In this document: one piece after another, positions 1-9,000 of the stretch
Numbering within the stretch: position 1 is the stretch's first letter
Layout: every line of letters starts with the position of its first letter
Translations under genes and position numbers: made by a program
Notes under the pieces: model-generated
Seen by the model: the letters and a program-made list of their open reading frames with translations, nothing else
The model's database searches: none
Told to the model about the DNA's origin: nothing
From: Promethearchaeota archaeon
Lineage (GTDB): Archaea > Asgardarchaeota > Thorarchaeia > Thorarchaeales > Thorarchaeaceae
Direction of reading: 5' to 3'
Assembly (NCBI GenBank): GCA_014728035.1
Contig: WJMJ01000019.1
Span: forward strand, 1-10,143
DNA: 10,143 nucleotides

Positions 1-1
1 G

Positions 2-3000
2 ATAAAGGTCAATAGTCAGAATGGGACATCTTACACAACAGAAAGAATATGTGTTGAAAAATATGAGATATGGCCGTCAACCAAAACTCTTTCAGGGGGT
101 AATTGGGAATGGGAATGGAGATTTGCATCAGATTCAGATGCCTATTTTCATGTACAGGTTTTAAATGACGCAGATCAGCCGGTTGCAGCAAGCAAATTAG
201 ATGTGGAATTAACAAAACTTACAAATATAATTACTGGTCAAACCTATAATGAGCCTTCTCATAAAGTATTAAACGAGACTTCAAAAGGATATCTTATTGC
301 TAATGCAACAAAAGGAGATAAGGGACAGCAGGTAATCAATCTTTCATTGGACTCATTGAGCCTTGCTTCAGGATTCTACCAGGCAGAAATTGAAGTTACA
401 GATGATGAAGGAAGTGTTGACTCAGGAATGGTATCTTTTCAGATAAGTGATTTAGATGTATATGTTGAAACAAAACGATCAGGAAGCCAAGCCTTTTTGT
501 TTGAACCTACTGATACAGTCCAGTTTGCAGTAACAGCAGATTATTTCAATGGCTCAGATGTGCCTGATGGTTCAGATGTGACTTTGGAAAGGCTTCTGAT
601 GATTTCAGGAACTACTCCTAAAACTGTTTCAACTGATATTTATTCAAGCACAACAAATACAACCACAGGTGGGTCTTCTTTAATTACCTTATCACCAAAA
701 TCCGGAAAACAGCTCTCAAACGGAGATTATCTTGCTTTTGTCAAAGTTGATACAGGAGAAGAAACAGAAATCAGGGAAGTATGGTTCATGGTAAAATCAT
801 TCTTTGTATATGCTTATACTGTCCCCTATTATTATGCAGCACCGAACCAGTCAAAAGATGTTTACGGATTTGTCTTTGATCCTGATTATCTTCCGATGTC
901 CGGAATTGATATCAGTTTTGATGGATTTTATGATGTAGAGAATTTTGATCTTGTCGAGGGAATAACAGCATCTGACACCCAGACAGATGCATCAGGAAGC
1001 TTTACTTTGTCATTAAGCTCAACTCCTGCAATAGAGGGAACCTATGTTTATGTAATAAAAGCATACAATCCAGGCACCGGAGAGACTATAGAATATATGG
1101 ACTTCTTAGAGATTAAGGAATATTCTTCAATTGACTGTTCACTTGTAGATTCAGATCAGGAATCTGTTACTCCATCAACATCTGTACAATATAAGATGAC
1201 AATAAAGGATGCAAATGACAACGGGGTATCAAATTTAAATGTGAGTGTTTCAAAATTCACAAACACTAATACCTGGACGGACAGGAGTGCAACAACCACA
1301 ACATCAGGCACAACAAATGCAAACGGGGTTGCAACAATAACAGTTACCTCACCAAGTGTTATCGGAAGATTCAGACCGATAATCAAGGTCAATGATAAAG
1401 AGCTTGCAAGTGAAAATTATGCTTCTGGAATGTGGCCATGTGAGATTGGTGTATATAGGACAGAAGTGGATCTTGAACTGCAGGATCAGAATGGTGCAGC
1501 AACTATAGATTTCAGTCCTCAGGACAATATAAGTGTGAACTTCATGCTCACAAACCCGGGAGGAGGAGCAGTTGATATGAATGAGCTTAAGCTTGTGCAA
1601 TACGTCTGTTTGTCTCCTTCATGCATGCAGGGTTCATCTCCTCCATATGTTACAACACTTGGAGCAAAAAAGACCTCAAATTTCCAATCAAGTAACATAT
1701 TGCAGTTTGATGCTCCATCAAAAAAAGGGACTTATTCATTAGTTACACAGGCAAAAGACACTAGTGACAGTACAACAACAATCCCTGCAACATTTAATGT
1801 TGTTGATGCAACATTTGATTATTATATATGGATTATGGATACTTTTGTTGATTCAGGAAACGATGCAAGATTCGGTATTGATACTGACGGAAATCTTAAG
1901 GTAAATGTCAGTTCTATTAAGGACATGGACTTAAATGAATTAATAGAATCAAATCCTGGTGCTGAAGCTAGTTTTTCTTCTGGGTACGGATTGCTGTATA
2001 ATTATTCAACATCATCTCTTGAAGAAGGCACATATGAAATTGAATTATGTGTTTACCAGGACACATGTTCTGCAACCAGCACAAAAAAGAAGTTCATGTT
2101 TACAGTGGATCCTTCTAATTATGTTTACGGAAGACCATACAACCCGAGCGGAGCATATACAGCAGATGATAATATAACTTTAGAGATTATTCTGGAAAAT
2201 GAGACCTATGAACCAGTAAGCTTAGCGGATAGTGATGTATACCTTGCAGATGTATGGAAAGGAAACATAAGGGTTAATTCCACATTCAACAATGTTGTTG
2301 TTGAGGATTCACCAAATACAGGCTGGAAAAAAATAACTCTTGAACATACAAAATCACTCTCTCCCGGAGACTATGAGGCAGAGATTGGTGTTAGTCACAG
2401 CGGAAGCACGTACAGGGGGAAAATTTATTTCAGAGTAAATGAATATGAATTTGAATTAATAACTAATGACGGAACACCGATGGATTCTACGAATTTTTTC
2501 TTCCCGGCATATTCAGTTGGCGACGATGTTGTATTCAATATAACCGGACCTGTTGATACTAACGGTACATTATATGTTTACCAGGCTGACGGCTGGATAA
2601 GGGAAGATTCCTATACAACACCGTTTACATTGGACGGAACTGGTTTTAACCAGTCAACTCTTCAGTTTTCATCTTCTGGAGAATATGTTGCAGTTGCAGC
2701 AATTCCAAGCATGGATGATCCTCAGCATACAGAAGCACATTATCCTTTTGATATCAAGGCAGGATTCTATGTTGAGTTCAATTGGGATGAGATAAATGAC
2801 CAGATAGGAACAGCAGACAACATGACAATAAACTTTACAGTTTATAATGTTGATGGGACTCCGAAAAATTCCGGTACAGTTAATATTACTGTTGAAAAAT
2901 ATTATAACCCAAGGAACTGGAATGAGATAAATGATTCAGTAGGGATAACTGATGAGGTAAACATTGACGGATCAGGCCATGCTTCATTTAGTTTTGATCC

Positions 3001-6000
3001 GGATCTTCAGACAGGTGAGTATGTTGCGGAATTTTCTTTTTCAATCGGCGCAAACTCTTTGATGCAGGATATCTGGTTCAGGATATCTTCAGGAGAGTTC
3101 TTTGTATGGAGCCATATGGATTCTTATAAACCCGGGGACACTGTAAATATCAATGCTGAAATTAAGAATCCTGACTGGTCAGGAATTGCAGACCAGGAAG
3201 TGGAAATTACTGATATTAAGTTCGGAGATAGTTCCCTTTCCCCGACATATATCAATACAGGGAGTGATTTTACTGATGCTAAGGGTATTGCACAGTTAAG
3301 TTTTGATCTTCCGACAGACAAGACAGGAGATTTCAGGGTTACTGTAAACTGGACCAACCAGAGTGAGATAAGGACAAAAACAGTTACTTCCTCAACATTA
3401 AATATTGATGTGTTTGAAACAACATTTTCTCCGTTTTCCGGAGGAGATGATTATATATTGGAAGTGTATGCAAATGATAAGGATTATCTTCCGTTAAGCG
3501 GTGTACAGGTCAATTATACAATAAGGAGCGAAAATGACAACTGGAACATTGTTTCAGGAGCTGACAATGTCGATGCAGGAACAACTGATGCAGGCGGAAA
3601 AGTCCTTATTAATTATACAATACCTGCTGATGCACTTGGAGGATATGATGTTGAGATTAATATCGGAAACGGGGCTGCAAAAAGGTACAGGTGGTTTCAT
3701 GTAAGTCTATATGATGTTTATCTTAACCTTTATGGTGAAGTCACCGGAGAGGACCAGACTTATGCAGATAATGAAATCCCTACTGATGCTAATGTAATCA
3801 TTGCTGTAGATATTCTGAATTCAGACGGTTCTGGTGTTGAGAATTCAACTGTCAGCATCCAGAGTGTAAGGCAGATCGGCAATAATCCAGGGGATGAGGT
3901 TGATGTAACAAGTGATATCACTTCGATAACACTTATTGACCAGACAGATTCAGACGGTTCAGCAGAATTAAAATTCGGTGTAGCAAATCTTACGCAGGGC
4001 AAAGATTATGATGTAGAAATAAGAATATCAGATTCTCAATCAAACGGAAGTATAATGACATATGAGCATAGATGGTTCAGGATACCTGCATACAGCTGGA
4101 CCGTGGCTCTAACGTCTGATCCCCGTTTAAATGACACCTTAAATTATGATGTGGACAGCAAAGGACCAAATGATTTAGTTTTTGTTTCAATAAATCTTAC
4201 AGGAGAAATCACAAGCGATACAAAAGTGTGTCTTGACAGGGCTGAAAATCTGAATACATGGAGAAGTGAATGGTATGATCTTTGCTTTGATTCCCAGGAA
4301 CTTAATGCTAGCAACGGGGCATTATTGTTTAATTTTTCAGCACCTTATGAATCAGGACCTTATGAAGCTGTTATTGAATTAAGAAAATATGAAAATAATA
4401 ATGATTGGTGGATGACTGAAAAAGAAGAATGGCTCTGGTTTGAGGTTCTTGGTGGAAGTGAAGCAAGCTACCAGTTTGATGTATGGAGTGAAACAGATAA
4501 TGTATGGGCAGGACATAATGCCACATTTAATGTTGAGTTATGGCCAAGAGACGGCTGGGGAGATGTTGATGAGGAACAGGTATGTGGAAATATAACAATT
4601 GAAGAGATAAGAAACAGCGTAACCTGGAAAGTTGTTAAAACTAAAGAACAGTTGACAGATCAGTGGTTATTAGACAGTGGTGATCCTTTTATGCCAATGA
4701 AAAGGCTTGTTGTAACTATGCCTTCTGATCTTGAAGCAGGAGATTACATGGCAAAAGTCAAATGTGAGGACTTAGGAATTGAAAGAGAGACCTGGTTTGA
4801 TATTGCGTTGTTCCAGACAGCTGTTTTGATGCCGGACAATGTTATGGCAAAACAGAATGTAAGCTTCTGGGCAAAATTGACATATTATAATGGGACGCCA
4901 CTGGCAAATGCAAATATATCATTAAGAGAAATCAGGAACATCTGGTCAAATAATAAAGTTGTGAAAACATTCAATACAACAGGACAGACAGATGAGAATG
5001 GTGAATATCTTGGATCATTTATAGCTCCATCTCAACCAAGTGAATATGAGTTGATAATGGATGTAACTGATGGTACAGATACACAGAAGATCGACAGGTG
5101 GTTCAGGATACGTGCAATCACTGTAGATGTTGTTGTCGGAAATCGTCAGAAGATACTATATGAGGGACAGGATACTTCTGTTAAGGTAACAGTAAGTGAT
5201 TCTCAGACAGGGGCACCAATATCTGATGCAAGAGTCAGCCTGAATATGTTCAGGCATTGGTTTGAAGGCGGAGATTCCGCAACAATAGAAAAGACAAACT
5301 GCTCAATTGCAAATGAATCAACAGACTGCCTGACAGATGATGGCTGTTATTGGAATACAACTGAATGTATTTATCTAAGTGAGAGATGTAACTTATTTAC
5401 CGGCCAGGAGCAGAACTGTATGGATGAGCCTATGTGCTGGTATGATTATTCAGCCGGAGAGGTCTGCAGAGCAGAAGAGAGCGGAGGAGCATTTGATGAG
5501 GGAAATATATGGGAAGAGAAATATACAAACTATAATGGAATTGCCCAATTTGACTTTTCAGGAAGCAATGCATTATCAAAAGGAGAGTATGAGCTAGATA
5601 TAGATGTTGATGCTTATGAAAAAGGATGGTTTTGGACACACAAGTCTTTTATAGTTAGAAAAATCAACCTCACCTTGGCTACACCTAAATTAATGTATTG
5701 GCCAGGAGAAGTAATTGAAGTTAACGTAACTGCAAACCTGGTTAATGGATCACCAGTAACTGATGAGTATGAGGTTGAGGCAGCTCTTGAGGAAGCAATG
5801 TTTGCTAACATGGAAAAAGATATGGAATGCATGCAGAAAAAAGATAATGCAACCTGCAGTCTTGATCCTGAATGTGAATGGGATCTGGAAATGATGGATA
5901 TGGGAGGGGACATGGAATACAACTGCGACCAGTATGATGGTAATCAGCAGGGTTGTGATGATGACATGGAATGTGTTTGGTATAATCCTGACAATAATTG

Positions 6001-9000
6001 TTATGTTGAAGGTGATAGTGAGTTATGCAGTAATTTTGCTGGTGATGAATCTGGTTGCAATGCTACACAAAGCTGTGGCTGGATATCAGGAACATGTGAG
6101 CCAGATTGTGATCCCGGAGCATATTGCGAAACTTACTGTCCGGGAGCAGCAGATTGCGGCAGCAGGTGTGATAGTTGTGACTCAACTGAACAAATGGGAA
6201 TGTGCATATACAGAGAACAAGTATATGATGAAGTATTTAATGTGACCTTTGATAATGGTCTTGCACAGTTCAATTTCACAGTACCAAGTAATCAGTCAGC
6301 TGGTCCTATAATGTTGATATCCGACATTGTTGATCCAAATAAGTTAGTTGAGGATTATGACGGAGGAGGATTAGTTCCGAAAGCAGTAGAATTTTTGGAT
6401 GGAATGATTCTTGTCATGGACAACGGTACATCTGAATTTATTTTGACTGTAGAAAATCCGACTCTGGGAGCAAATGAATTTGTTTCAGTTAACATAAGTT
6501 CTTCTCCAGAAGATGCCCAGAAATATGCTCTTGCACCAGGTGCTATGCATCTGCAGTCTGCAGGAGGAGTGATATCTATGCAGCAGCTGAACGGAGGAGG
6601 ACCTGAGTCAGGAAAAGAAGATTATTATGGAGGAGAAATATATTTGAATCCAGAGGGAACAACCCACACTATGGTTCTTTCCAGAAACAGGGCAGCAGAG
6701 TATGTTGCAATGTTACCTTTGGTTGAAAAAGGATCCGGTTTCATGATGGGAAGCTTTGAGAATGTTTTCCCTGTAAGTTATGAGGTGAACAGCTCTGCAG
6801 GAGAATGTACAAGAAACTATGACTGCAATGACAATGACAACCAGACATGGGATGTCTGTGTCCTGATGAAATGTGTCCATAATAACATCTCAGCAGTTGA
6901 GTGCAGTTCTGATTATGAATGTCCGAATACACCTGATCAGGGAATCTACGGAATCTGCGACTGGACAGGACAATGTGTTAATATAACAGGTTCATGCAGC
7001 AAGAACAGTGATTGTGATGACTCTGATAATCAGACAATTGATTACTGCGAGTACTATGAATGTGTCCATGAGAACTCTTATGAGGTAGAGTGCACCCAGT
7101 CATCAGACTGTACTGAGTTCCCGTCTGACGGACAGGATTATACAGCGTTCTGTGAATACGGAAAATGTGATTATGTACTCACAAGCAATGTTGAGTGTAC
7201 TTCTGACTCTGACTGCAACCAGGGAGAATGGTGTGATTCATGGGACCACCAGTGCCACTATGATATGGGAGGCAACTGTGAGTGCAACACAACAAGTGAG
7301 TGTACACAGCAGCCTTATGGCGCTGATACAATTTCAGAGTGCTGGTGTATGTGTGAATACTACAATGCATCAGACATAAACTGGCTGTATTCCTGGAATA
7401 CAACAAGGGACGGATTCGGTAATGAATCTGCAGGAGTTGAGTGGGGCTGGGAAGGAAACGAAGATGTTGATGAAGCTAAACCCTTCTGGGGAAATCCGGG
7501 TGGAGATGTTATTTTGGCTTCAGTTGCTAATGACTCAGATTATCTTTATGTGCAGATGGAGACCGGTGGATTTGATTTTGGAGGAGGAATTCCATATTGC
7601 GGAGGCTCTTATCCAAGCAGCGGTGACGGTTACATAAAAGGAGAAAGATTTGTTGTTTATTACAACACAACTACCGGAGGAAACTGCAACATAAGTGATG
7701 CCGATTATATGTATGAAGTGAATTTCAGCCAGAGCTCAACATATATGGTAAGCAAGTTTTATGAATGCAGCGGAGGTTCCTGGGTTGAGGATGCATCTGC
7801 AAATGCTCAGGTTGCTGTAGACTGCGGTTTCGGTACAATTGATTATAAAGTAAACAAATCTGCAATTGGAATGACAGATTATTCACAGATAGTTGTTGCA
7901 GTGTACATGAGAAGCTATACAGCCTATTCAAGTGAATGGACAACAGAAGAATGCGATAAGGACGGATGTATTGATGTTGCATATTCAAGCACTAATGTAA
8001 GTAGCCTTATAGACAGGGTTCCAAACTCTGGCTGGCAGTGGATAAATGACACAGGCTGGGCAGGATGGGCTGATTCAGGAATGATGGAGATGTGCGGAGA
8101 TGGAGTGATTGATGGTGCAGAAGAATGCGATGATGATAACATGAATAACGGAGACGGCTGCTCAGATTCATGTGAAATAGAACCGGGTTATGTATGTACA
8201 GGTGAACCATCAAGCTGTGAACAGGCAACAATGAGTGTTGACATCACAACACCAAATGACAATGTGTATAATGTTGCAGGTTCAGAAAATGAAGTAATGA
8301 TTGTATACAACCTTACAGGAAACCTGACTCTGACAAATTATTCATATACACACATCTATTTAGATGATGCGTCAGTTTACAATGATACAAGCACAGATTC
8401 ATTGGGAGTTTCAACTTACAACTTTACAAACCTGTCAGAAGCTGCATATACCTTGAATGTTACTTTGGTTAATAACACAAAGGGAATAATATCAACAGAC
8501 ACTATTAATTTTTCAGTTCAGTATGATCTGCATTCATTGTCAGGTTATGTGTTGGATACCCAGAATAATCCTATTGAAGGAGTGTTGGTTGATATAATGC
8601 AGGAAGGACAGGGATTCAGTGATAATGTGTTGACAACAGCACAGGGATTTTATAACATATCCTCGATCCCTCTGGGAAATTATTCGTTCAACGCAGAAAA
8701 AAATGAGACATATATTTTTGGAGTATGGACAAATTCAATGTTTTTAATCAATGACAGTTATGAATTGAACCTTACTTGGTTAAATATAACAGTAAATTCA
8801 ACACCAGATAAAACAGAGTACAACAAATCTCTTGGAGAGAATGTAACTTTAAATGTATCTGTGATCAATTATGAAGGAAGTGACTTATTTGACTGGAACA
8901 TTTCAGCTTCATTGTATTTTGACAACGGAACCTATTATGAGGAGCTTGATGAAATCATCGCACCGATTGTGCTTAATTCAAGTATCTGGAAAAATTCAAC

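Larger units (their letters stand above)
62..6796 (+). repeat. Protein-level tandem array of about 18 diverged macroglobulin(MG1/MG2)-like or Ig-like domains (about 100-135 aa each, excluding inserts)
   Basis: A recurring pattern [YF]x[PA]G[DE]xVxxxVxxxxxDGxP[VIL]...T[DN]xxGxAxxxFxxP...GxY...WFx[IV] is visible. Examples: SYKPGDTVNINAEI...FTDAKGIAQLSFDLP; MYWPGEVIEVNVTANLVNGSPV; NGTPLANANISL...QTDENGEYLGSFIAP. Unit ends include VWFMV, IYFRV, IWFRI, RWFHV, RWFRI, LWFEV, TWFDI, RWFRI. I saw no long nucleotide-level identity between units. Confidence 0.7.

Noticed and set aside
103-118. Short nucleotide repeats (tgggaatgggaatgg here; caatgacaatgacaa near 6826; ttcagacggttc near 3821 and 3949)
   Set aside because: They are only 2-3 copies that follow from the encoded peptides (WEWEW, NDNDN, SDGS). 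There is no regular repeat-spacer structure, so this is not a CRISPR array or a tandem-repeat locus.
6095-6180. Fe-S, heme or zinc-binding site in CxxxC/CxxC clusters (CETYC, CGSRCDSC)
   Set aside because: There is no CxxCH or ferredoxin spacing, and the even Cys counts in an apparently extracellular protein fit disulfides better.
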